From Choristocarpus tenellus KU-1152 (Eukaryota > Protista > Phaeophyceae): 49,028 nucleotides of DNA. Position numbers and translations under genes: made by a program. Positions 12,701-24,789 of the stretch are shown here, in pieces; the first letter of the stretch is position 1, and each line of letters starts with the position of its first letter. The notes under the pieces are model-generated. The model ran no database searches. It was given only the letters and a program-made list of their open reading frames with translations, and was not told the origin of the DNA. The stretch covers positions 1-49,028 of the forward strand of contig CAXNAD020000010.1 of NCBI GenBank assembly GCA_964200185.2, read 5' to 3'.

Positions 12701-15700
12701 CCCAAACCTCAATTAATCCTATGCCGTTTTTTCCCTCTCCTGTGACGGTCCTTGTTGCACTTTAGAAATATTTCTTTTATGAAAGAGGCAATTTGAGGTT
12801 TACGCTCTTGACTTTGTACCACAAGCGAAGAGATTTGTCTTGAGCTGTTTGTCATGCACCGTAATATATATATATGTATGTACGATTTTTTCCTCTCTAT
12901 CCTTCTCTCTGTTAAAAGACTTTAAACCAAGATATGTCATTTAGCCTGAGGGATGTCATTTAGATGACCTGTCGTATGATTCTAAAATATTTTCTCATTA
13001 TCTTTGTAAGATTGACCTCCAGTCATTTTTCTTCTATTATGGGAAAATTATCAATCGATACCCTTTTTTTGAAAAAGTGGCTTTTGTGTAGCATGCAGTA
13101 AATTATGGAAGACTGAAATCGCAATGTTTTCTTAGATCTTCATCCTTAGGTTCCAAGCGGAATGGAGAAAATTCCAAAACCTTCTCCCCCTGAAGTACAA
13201 CTTTTGTTTATTGCTCTAGAATACATGGAATATGTGTCACTTAATCCTGTCACCATGACTGGCAGTGTCATTGTTACCTTATCTTTGTGGCACTGCTGTT
13301 CCTACCAAGCTGTACATACACTATGTACATCCCATTAAATTCTACCCCTTGAGCATATAGTTTTCTGAATTGTGCTCTGTTGTTAGGCCTGTGCCATTGG
13401 AGCACTACATTTTCCCTGCTGGTGGAGATGGACTTCATCTGGTGGTTGATGATAAGGGAAGATTTCGGGAAAACAGTTTTCAGGTAGGCTGCCAATTTGC
13501 ATCCCTGAAACCCAAAATTTGGGCTGAGCAGTTTTTGGTGTGCTTCATAGTCATGTATTGAGATACCCTGGCGGAACATGATATCTCAGTATTTAATCAA
13601 GTTAGAGATTGGGGGATCAAATTCCTGCTGGACTGCCTTCCCAACTCCTGATAGTAGGAGGATAAATATAGAGTGAGAGGGGTCCAGGAGCAGCCTCAAG
13701 GGAAATGCGGAGGTCGACACAACTGCTCTGGTAGAGCAGGCGATTAGTGGGGTGATGGCATGATTACTCTGGGTGGGTTCACAGCCTGTGATTTTGCCAT
13801 ACATTGAGATACTGTGTTCCACCAGGGCTGACCGTGTCATGACTATCTACCCTGTTGGAATAGTGTTATTTCAATATTTGACATTCTTGCATCATTGCAC
13901 TCTAACACTGGATTGCCTGATATTTATGTTTTTCAAACCTGTAGCTTATATGGTGGCATGCTTCTTGTTTTACCTAGTTGATTCATCTTGAACACATTTT
14001 GTGATATGTTCCCATGCAGTGCCCTTAAAGAGTTGCTGTCTTGAGTTGTGTTTCATTTTTAAAATGTATTTAGGTATAAACTGCTGTATGAATGAGTTGG
14101 CACTAGTTATTGAAGCAGTATGCAATTTGTTGCCACGTATGCCTTCCTTGTCATTTGCTCACACCTGATGTGCTCCATTACTCCTGCGATTGCTTTCCCT
14201 TCATTCAACCTACAACTTCTTGACACACTGACCCCACTAAAAATTCCTCCCAAACTCTTCTCGTCATTTAATCCATGATTTATGTGTATGCTCGTGTATC
14301 AAGTATGCTCTTATCCATGACTTTTCATATACCTGTGTGAAACTCACAATGCTTCTGTGCAACTTGATAATAGTCGCAAAGTGGGATTGAGCTTAGTATT
14401 TTGACTTAGTGTTTGTAATGAATTAATTAATATGATCATCTTCTATGGCAGTAACATTTTTCTTTTGGTGCTCATGTTCCAGTGTTTGCTGTTGTAGATA
14501 AGTAGATGTTTTTATCCTGTTGCACATTTCATTTCAAGGAGAACCAGTAGCGTCTTGCCACACTTAAGGTCAAGAGGAGGGAGTTTTTTGTAAACCTATC
14601 TGACAATTTATTATGCTTGGGCTCAGGTTTAGGAGTCACAGTTTCTTGTCAATTGTCCTGCTTGATCTCTTGCTGTTCCCCTCTCTGCATTTGAGTTTTT
14701 GGTTATCCCTGTAAATACTACTGCTTGTGTAAAATTGCCATACTTACCATACTCGGCACCAGAGAGCCATGGCCACACTACAAGCTACACCTGAGGAGCA
14801 GGCAGTGGCAGAGGGAAAAAAACTTTCTGGTGCCAAGAAGCAAACAGGAAAAAAAGATGGAGAGGGAAGTGACCTCTACAAGATTGTCAAGCTGGTGATG
14901 GACCGGAGTCTTGACCCTGCTATCATCTTCAGCTTTGCAAAGAAGTGAGAATTGAAGTGGTGGGCATGGTCTATACTTACCTCAATCTGTAGTAGTTACT
15001 AGTTCATTTTTTTTTGTGTTGTGCATATTTGTGATTTTAAAACCTGTAAAAAAACTGAAAACTCCAATGAATCTGAACCGGGGCCACTTCCATGGCCTGT
15101 GGCACTATTTGAGGATTTTATTTCTTCTGACCCTGCCATAGAAAACACCTGTCAAGTTCAGGAGCCAAGTTATGACATGCTTTGCTACTCAGTCAATCAA
15201 AATTTTATATGATAAGGCAGTGCTGAAGCCTGCTGTTGAATAGTCCTCCTTGGTGCAACATTTTGACTCTTTGTACTGTGGGAAAACTGTGCACTGGGGG
15301 CATGGTACAGTCAAGACGATAAATGTGGAGATATTCTGATATGGTAGGGTAGGGTAGGGTAGAGTAGAGTAGGGTATGGTGGGTACCTTTATGAAGCGCA
15401 ATGCTTAATTGGTAGTGAAATGTTCCTGTGGGTATCCCTGATAACCATTTTCTGTTACTTGCCTAATGTTTGGGCTCAATTATGATAATTGAATTTGGGA
15501 TATTCACTGTACAATCGTTCTGTATACAACATGCCACAATGTGAAGGTAGCTCAGTGACCATGTGCCAGAGTTTCCAAATCTAGATCCAGAGGTTCTTAA
15601 CTTGTGTCACATCCCAGGCTACCAGATCAGGGCCAGCTTCAACTCTCTGTGAGCGCAAGCCCAGATTTATGTACTTTGCAGGGTCACCCAGCCCAATCTT

Positions 15701-18700
15701 ATCCTCAACTCATGCTTGCATCACCATCTGCCCCACAATTTACCATTCTTGTGGTTGTGGATTGAGGGATTCAAACCTTGGACCTACCTTTTGGTTATAC
15801 TCAGGAGTGGATTAGCTGAGCTACACAACACAGCGATTTATTTGTTTGGTAAAATCAGTTTGCATATTGCGTATATACTCACAATAGGTCAGTAGGACAG
15901 AAGTAGGGGATTAATAGTAGATTCCTATTATTACACCTATGTCCCCTTTGCATCCCTACTTTCACCAAAACTTTCCATCACATGCCCCAGAAGCTAAATA
16001 TTATTCCTAATACTTTGTTTTTCAAGGAGCTTCTTTGGAGTACCTTGATGTGCTATTTCTGGGTGCACACTACATTTTCTGCTGTTGATGTAATTGTAGT
16101 AGACCTTTGTATGCTTAGCTTTACACCAGATTTCACATTCCGAATCTAGCTTTTCACAGTACAGTGCAGTTCAGCCTGGGTGAGATTCGGTTGTGCAAAA
16201 TCAATTAACTTCTGTGCAGTTACTGTAATTGTAGCATTAGTAACACTATTGATAGCACTAACAATAGGACCATTGCTGGTACTAGAGGCAGGCCACCTGT
16301 CATGATACAAGTACCCGATGGGGTTAAGGTTAGTCAATACGTGTTGTGTGAGAGGAATAAATTGTGTTTCTACACTGCAGGAGGACACACCCCTTTTGTC
16401 AAAGTCCTCAGGAGTCTTGTGTGCTGAATATCTCTTGTAATCTCTTGATTACCTTGCAAGGTGGTGTCGTTTGGAGCAATTGCCGATTTTGTTTGCTGTC
16501 TTACCTTTTGATGATTATGGTTGTTCGTTGTGTGTGCTATTTGTGTGATAGTGTTGAGAAAGAGGTCAATGCAATCGATCTCTCTGAAAATATATGTATG
16601 GTGGACATGATGTAGAGCACATTTATAATGACTCTAGGTATAAACCCTGGGCTGTGAATCTTGATATGTTAGTGAGTTCAATGTGAACTGTTCCACTGTC
16701 AAACACTTTGTGACAAATGTCTATGCAGGGAGTGTGAAGCAAATGCCCTGCAGATGTCAAAGCTTGACTTCAATGATGACAGCCAGAGGTCTTTGGTGGA
16801 ACAGGTTTTCAACAATGCCATGGCATCCCTCTCAGAGGAGGACAGGCACCTCCCACAGGTAGTGTTTGTGACCTTCCTTGCCTGTAATGTGTGAGATCTG
16901 CAGTCAATATACCACCCTCATCAAAGAGGGACCCACACTGAGTATTTTTGCCTATTGTTAGGAAGGTGGAAGGAGATGATTAATCTATTAAGAATAAATA
17001 TATACACCTATATACCTGTGGAAGCCTATTTTCTTCCTTGCACGATCATCACTATAGACACATGACATAATTATCAACTGCAGCAGTGGTTGTCGATCAC
17101 TTATCTAGAGGTGGCTTGAGATAAATTCTGAGCACCTGGTATAGGTTGATGAAACCAATTTGTTACATTGTTCCCTGCTGTATTTTTTTTCTGACTTGTG
17201 TAGGCGATTATGTAGGAAACACAGAGAGTAGAGTAGGTCATGTCTTACAGAGAAATCAAGTGCTGAAAAGTATCTTTGTTCCTTCAATTTCTCCATTGAA
17301 CAGGTGGAAGCAATTTTGCCACTTCTAAAACGTGGTGTAGGTATTCACCATGGTGGTCTATTACCCATCCTCAAGGAGGTCATTGAGATTCTCTTTCAGG
17401 CAAGGACATCTTATCTTGAAGTACAATCAAGCTGCATGTACCTTTATACTCCTAACACTTGTACTGCTGAAGGGGATAAGGGAAATATGATGTAGTGTGC
17501 ACCCAGAGAGGAATCAATGCTAGATTTTTACTCCCAGGAGAGGGGAAAGACATGCATCAGGGCTATTCATTTTTCACTGTTCGAAATTCAATGTGCCAAT
17601 TTTTGTTCACACCCTGAAACAGTATCATGCTGTCTTCTCATGCTCATTTGGTGTCTTGCAGGAAGGTCTGATCAAGGTCCTCTTTGCTACTGAGACTTTC
17701 TCCATTGGGCTCAATATGCCCGCAAGAACTGTGGTGTTCACCAACACCAGAAAGTTCGATGGCAAAGATTTCAGGTTGGCTTTGTACCATTGACACATGT
17801 GGTTTATGATTTTTAGCAGTTGTCCTGGCTAATCTTCCCACTTCAAGTATGTGATTGTGGTCCCATCCAACCATGATATGCAAGATTTTGTCAAGCCTTC
17901 TTTCTGTGTTTCTTCTATACATATTTTTTTCAACGCTTGGTGCATATTAATTGTGAAGGGGCCTAGCCTATATTGAGTATTTTCTTACTTTGTCTTTTAC
18001 TGAGGTTTTTGAGTTGACATTTATTTATTGACAACTACCCTATCATACATTTACTTTTTGTGGCTTTGTAAATTTTGGCTTTCACCCTGTCCTTGTTCAG
18101 GTGGATAACATCTGGGGAATATATTCAGATGAGTGGGCGTGCAGGAAGACGAGGGAAGGATGACAAAGGCATTGTGATTCAGATGCTGGATGAGAAAATG
18201 GACCCACAAGTGGCAAAGGGTACGTTAGTGGTTCTTGTTGACACCTCAACTCTTGGCTGAGTGGCAGAGGTATTTAACTATTTTGAGTATTGGAATGCGA
18301 CATAGCCCATATCTTGTTGACACCTCAATTCTTGGCTGAGTGGCAGAGATATTTAACTATTTTGAGTATTGGAATTCGACATAGCCCATATCACGCAATT
18401 TTCACAAAAGAGGTATCCCATCAACTATTAGGAATTGGAAAATGAAATAACAGCCATGCTGACACAAGCTCAATGGGAATATTATGATCAGGTCTTCAAG
18501 TTTGATGATGACAAAGTAAGATATATATATATATATATATATTATATTTATCCAGAGTTTCCCTGAAGTGATGTTGTACAAAGTAGGATGACACGGGCCT
18601 TGCACTGATACTTTGGGATATGTAGGTATTAATAGTGCGATATCTCCAGGAGTACACCTGGAGGGTAGTTAATCATCAGTTTTGTGTGGTATGAAGCATA

Positions 18701-21700
18701 GCTTTAAGTATGCACAGATGTGGAGATATACCAGGACATAGGAGTCTACATAAAAGCCTCCAGAGTAACTAAGGGTGGTTATAGATCCATACAAAGTGCT
18801 TCAGACATTTGTTTTGAACTAAAACCTTCACGGGTTAAAAAAAAAACTAGTTTTCCCAATAATGTTTGGGGAGAGGATGGCATCTTAGAAATTGTTTTAT
18901 CCTTCCAATCCAATTTCAATTGGTAGGTCAGGGGTCTCGTTTCTGATATTTCAATGTTACAAAATGGCCTTTCAATGACATCTACAGCAAAAATTTTACC
19001 CAAATTTTGCCATTTTGAAATTTAACAATAGTATGATTAGCATCAAGATGAGGTCAATCAGAGTCTGGGTGTTAACCAGACAAAAATCTAACAGTGATTG
19101 AATTGTCATGCTTGAATAGTTCTAGAAATCTTGAAATTTTTCTTGATTCACAATTTTCTGTGGCTGAGTTGGAGCCTTTCAACAATATTTTGGTCCATGA
19201 GAATAAATCCATCTTGGGAACAGTTTGAGGTGTACAGGGTGGTTGATCATGAAACTTTTGTGTGGTTCACCAATACTGTTGCCCTTGAACTGTTACATGT
19301 GGTTTAATACAGGATACTCCGGCTGTTTAAATGCACCCTGTTTCACTTATTGCGTGTGGGTGTTAACCAGTGTTTACTATAGGCCCTGTTAGCCTGTGGA
19401 CCACTGACTAGTTCGAGAAATTACCCATCTCCACACTAAGACATTGGTGCCAGCAGTACTATATGACACAATTTATATTGCAATATTATGGCATCTACCC
19501 CTGATGATGCAAGAGTTTTGGCAATGCCTTCAATGGCTTCTTGTGTAGTGGTACATATACATTGCTGTCAACTGAACCAAAGCCCTATTTTTTTGTATCA
19601 CTGGTTTTGACCATGAAAGGCATCCTGTACGGAGATGCAGACGCTCTTAACAGCTCTTATCACATCAGCTACAACATGCTTCTAAATATGCTCAGAGTGG
19701 AGGGTGCAGACCCTCAGTATTTGGTGAAGAGTTCATTTCACCAATATCAACAGGAGGCAGCTGCTCCAGCACTTGAGGTTTGCTCATTTGGACTTTGTGA
19801 CTATTGATGCATGAGTAGTTGTTTTGAGAGTTAAAATTCATGTCCTCCAGCTGCAGGCAGACATTTTTTGTTCATGCATCCCCCTGGTCACCACATTTCC
19901 AGGGGCAGCAAATGTGTTACCAAATGCTTGTGACGTGCAGCTTTTTGTTTTTGATTGTTGCAGTTTTTGCATTAGACAATGCTTGCTGTAGTGCAAATCC
20001 CCTATGTAGACATCGCTGAGTTTGTTTGAAATGTATCTGGTAGTTTAAATTCACCCACTCTGAAGTGTTGCTGCAGGATCATTGTTAAATCTTATCAAAA
20101 CGTTTCTTCCATTGCCTTACATCCATGTCTGAATGTGTACAACCCTGGGTCTGAAAGGATTGAAAAGACTACAGAGTACCTCATACGTTTTGCAGTAGTA
20201 AAGTTGTAGTAGAGGAAATTGTTTTCAAAGATCAATATTATTGGAAAGTTCTATTTTTCAAAGCTGATCTGTGCGTCATGACAGCAACTGACCCCATTAA
20301 TCTATTTGGGATTTGTGTAACAGCCTTGGTGCCTTGGTCAACATTACAGACACTTTTGACAGATGCCAACACATGGCATATAAGATGTATCGTCTACTGG
20401 ATGTTGCCTCCCTTGTAAGCTTTCATACTTTTATCATGACTCCTTGCATGTAGAATCAAGCTCGAATACTGGAGGAGGAGATAGCAAATTGTGCAATCAA
20501 AGGAGAAGGGGATGAGAAAATCTCAGAGTACTTCTTGGTTCAACAACAGCTACAACGGACACAGGAAGAGGTCCTCAAAACTGTGCAGCGACCCGAGAAC
20601 TGCATCCCATTCATTCAGGTTGAAGTCAGTTTTGTGATACCACAGAATGTTGTAAAGAGGTTTTGTTACTTGACTGTTGTTTTAGGCATTTGTGTGGGAT
20701 CAAGCCTTCATGACTGGTGGGACTGTTGTGGAGGTGATTATGGATTGCTTCATTTTGCTGTACACTTGGCAGAACCACCTTGTCGTCTTGTTCAATTTTG
20801 AGCATTCATTTCTACTTAAGAAGTTCTACAAATCTATCACCATAACCAAGAGAAAATTTGGAGTTGCGAGTATCTTATTCTTGATAAGGATATTATAGTC
20901 AGAAAAACGGTTTGCTCATCTGTATTTCATATTCCACCCATTTCCTGTTTGCGGGTGGGGGGGTGGCTTCTCCTACTTTGCAGGGAGGGCGCATTGTGCG
21001 AATGAGGGGCTCCCCGATTTCAAGATGGCATGTCCAAAGTACTGGCGAGGACTTAATGGGTACAGAGAATGGACATGGCATTGATGGTGGAGAGAATGGA
21101 GGAACAAAGGTTTTGAAAGCCAGTGAGAACTTCGACTGGGACTGGGGTGCAGTGGTGAATCTGCAAAAGACATCCAAGGCAGGAGAACCTAGCCAGTACT
21201 GTGTGGATGTTCTGGTGATGTGTGAAACCACTGGTGATGGAGTCACTGAAGTTGGGAAGGAGATTACATCCAGACCATTCCCAATTGTTGGAGGAAAGCA
21301 GGTGTGGTGTAGTGATAAGTAAATTTTTGCCCCTAAACTGTGTGTCAACAGTACCGTATCCCTTTGTACATGTGGATGTACCCTAGTAAAGTGTATTCAT
21401 CAGAGTATTATATAGAAATACCATTCGTTGCGATGATGTCAAATGCGTTACTCAAGCAATCCTCCTCGAGACAAAGGAGTGAAAACTGTAGGATTCTTAT
21501 TGTCTAGGAAATGCATCTTTAATGTATGTATTTTTGTGAAACATACACAATTTGCCAAGTCTTGGCACTGGGGCTGTACATCGTATGAGGTACAGGCCAA
21601 GGCAGTCCCTTAAGTCAATGCATACAAAGTTTTATTTGCTTTCTCTTTCCAACAGCAACTGCAATTGTTCATCACCACCGTCCTTTCCTGCAGGGCAAAG

Positions 21701-24700
21701 GAGAAATGAGAGTCTTGGCATTCAACATCAAGTCGACGGTTCAGTGGAGTGCTGTGCGCATCACCATGCCAACAAATCTTCGTCCAATAGAAAACAGGAC
21801 TGCTGTGGCACAGAGCATAAAGGAAATCATCAGGAGGTGAGAACGATTTTCTGGTAGATTTGAACAATACGTTAAGTACTGTGTCCTAAATTTGGAAGTT
21901 ATTTTCTCTACACCACCTTGCTCTGTTTACAATGCACCCCAACAGCTAAAATCTTTGATACTACCAGGTTCAAGGATGAGGTGCCTCTGATACACCCCGT
22001 CACTGATATGGGTATTCAGGACCCTGCCTTCAACACGCTGCTGGCAAGAGAGGATCAGCTCAAAAAGCGGTTGAAAGACATGCCTTTCCACAAGGATGGG
22101 AACAGATATGAGCATCTTCAAAGGTGATATTACTCTGATGTTTATCTGGGGGGAGAGGGGTTGTGTCTTGTAGTATACATGGCATGATGAGCCCACTTTT
22201 GTCTCATGAGCAAAGTTGTACTATGAAAGGGAAACTCTAGTTTTATGTGGGTGATTGTGGGAAGGGCAAGGTGTATTTTCCCCCTGCATTTTTCAGGTGA
22301 TACTCTTGTCTAGGTGTGAAATTGCTTATTGAATGTGAAGTAGGAACGATGTCCAAGAAGGCTACAAATAAATGAATGTGTATACTATTTATAGGAGTGC
22401 CACGTTGGGGGTTGTGCTGGCCACTGTTTATGAGTGATTCATTGGAATTGAAATGTTATATACAGAGAATATTTTATTATGCAAACCAAGAGTGGTATAT
22501 ACTAGTTTTTGACACGATGATGCCTTGCGTGGTACTCCCCTGATTTCTTGGTGAATAAATAAATCCCTTCCTCTCATCGCTAATATCTCTGACCAGCCGT
22601 TTTAAAATGTTCTAACTTTTTTTTACACCATTTGCTACAAGAGTTTAAGATTGAAAATATTTGTTCGAAGTTTAAAGATTTTTGGACGGATGAAAATGTC
22701 AAATAATTACTTTCATATTGGTAATGGATGTTACGTACTACTGCACCCTCACATGGGCATAGATTCACGATTTCACATACATAATTTCTTCTATCAAATT
22801 GATTATCTTACCATTATGTTTCCCCCATGGTGTCCTGTACCATCCATACCTTCTCTCTAGGTACCAACATCGTTTGGACTTGGGTGATCGTGTCAAGTTG
22901 CTGCGAAAAGAGGTCAAGGGTGTACAGCATATGGTGATGAGAGATGAGGTAACTATTGCACTCAGGCTCTTCAATTCATTTGGTGCTTGTTTAGAAGTGT
23001 GATTGAGGTTCACATGAAGCCAGTTTTATACTGTTCAGCTTGTGGTGACGACCCATAATTGGTGATACTTTATGAGGGTTTAAGATTGCACATTTTTTAG
23101 AAGCCAAAGAATGTGGATGTTCCAGTAATTATGCATTGCATCCAATATAACCAAACAAACTTTGTCTGCGGTGTGACCTTGTCGGTTTGTGTTGGAGATG
23201 AGGCGCATGAAACGAGTTTTGCGGCGACTAGGGCACTGTGATGGAGATGGGGTCATCCAGCTCAAGGGTCGAGTCGCCTGTGAAATCAACACATGTGATG
23301 AGCTTGTTGTGACTGAGCTTATCTTCAATGGGGTGTTCAATGAACTCAGTGAAGAACAGAGCACAGCTCTCCTCAGCTGCATGGTGTTTCAAGTGAGTGA
23401 ACTTGCCATTGGTATCCAGGGATCATGTGAGAGGTGCAAAGTCTAATGTGTATGTCCATGCATACAAGTGCTGAGTAACACACTTTGCTCACCGAAGTGC
23501 TTACTCAAAGTGAAATTACTTCCTAATGATGTATCCAATTATTATAATATGTCGTGCATGGATTATTAAGGGGGCAGAAAGGAAAAAGTATGAACTGCTG
23601 GTCCAGTCACATACCCTCCAATCAGTACACTACTATGGTCTTCCCATGTCTCCAGTTCCAGAGTATCAACACAATTTTGATGCAAAGTGAAAAATCTCAT
23701 GTAATATCCAACTTCTGTTCCCAATACCTATTATCATTGTGGTGACGTGTGGAACACTGTAGAAATAATAAAATATTGTAGACAAGAATACTGAAGATCT
23801 AATTTGAAGACTAAGAACTGCAGTAGCGAGTGAATGAATTTTCCAACAGAATTATCTGGCAGAACACAACCTGCATATTCCAGATAAAAGTAATATCCTA
23901 ACACAGTGCCTACTTTTGACCCAATTTTCAGGCTAAGCAGGATGAAAATCTCACCCTGCCTCCAGAGCTCCAGGGACCTTTCCGCCAACTTCAGGATGCT
24001 GCCAGGTGTTGGTTGTAATCCTATGGGACTTCGACTGTGAATTCCCCTCCTTCCTCTTGTGCTTTAAGGTCTTGAAGCACTTTGTATCATTTCCCGTGTG
24101 CTACTTCACTGTTTTGATATTGATTGTACTGATCCTCAACATGAACCCTATCCAGACACATTGCAAGAGTTGCTGAGGATTCGAAGATCACCATTGAGGC
24201 TGAGGAGTATGTGAACTCCTTTACTCCCACCATGATGGAAGTCGCCTTCGCTTGGAGTAATGGAGCCAAGTTTAAAGATGTGAGAAAACTTTGCCTTTGT
24301 TCAAATCCTGACTTAGAACCATCAACAAAATAAATATGGTTTTAGTTAACTTAGTAACTTCAAACCCAATAATTGATATGAATGAAAAAGGTAAATTGTG
24401 CAAAACTCAAGAGACACAACAGCCCCTGATCCTTTTCCTCTTTTTTCATTAACTCAACAGGTCATTGAACTGACAGATGTGTTTGAAGGCTCAGTAATTC
24501 GGGTCATCAGGCGTCTGGAGGAGTTACTGCGTCAGTTGTCCCAGGTAGGCAGGCATCCACTTCAACTTTAATTTGGCATTAGCAATCAATTTTCAAATTT
24601 CAATCAGCTTTCTTTGTGTAAATAATATATGCATATCTGCAATACCAGGAGATAAACCATTTTTTTCCCCTTCACGTGACAGGCATCAGGATCCATTGGC

Positions 24701-24784
24701 AATATGGAGCTGAAGACAAAATTCGAACAAGCTGCCAACAAAATAAGACGAGACATAGTATTTGCTGCATCATTGTACTTGTAG
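9705..24784 (+). CDS. MTR4: Ski2-like DExH RNA helicase MTR4 (MTREX/SKIV2L2/Dob1), nuclear exosome cofactor, 22 exons, about 1053 aa
   Basis: Exons 9705-9923, 10135-10299, 10698-10805, 11094-11257, 12313-12474, 13387-13483, 14763-14944, 16729-16858, 17304-17399, 17662-17774, 18101-18219, 19620-19777, 20454-20618, 20984-21301, 21694-21836, 21968-22123, 22861-22948, 23198-23392, 23932-24005, 24156-24279, 24461-24544, 24683-24784 join in frame (3162 nt). Motifs: [63 protein letters not shown], arch/KOW, and the C-terminal [13 protein letters not shown]. The exon 1 donor is the least certain boundary. Confidence 0.95.
15343..15385 (+). repeat. (GGGTA/GAGTA)n pentanucleotide microsatellite in MTR4 intron 7
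   Basis: GGTAGGGTAGGGTAGGGTAGAGTAGAGTAGGGTATGGTGGGTA. Confidence 0.8.
15545..15830. other. Two degenerate tRNA/SINE-like heads facing each other in MTR4 intron 7
   Basis: Plus strand GGTAGCTCAGTG...GAGGTTCTT (about 15546-15600). Minus strand TAGCTCAGCTA...GGTTTGAATCC (about 15765-15825). Confidence 0.35.
18233..18392 (+). repeat. 79-bp tandem duplication (2 copies, about 3 mismatches) in MTR4 intron 11
   Basis: TCTTGTTGACACCTCAA...CGACATAGCCCATA starts at 18233 and again at 18312. Confidence 0.9.
18521..18542. repeat. (AT)n microsatellite
   Basis: Uninterrupted AT dinucleotide run. Confidence 0.85.
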
Positions 24785-24789
24785 TAACT

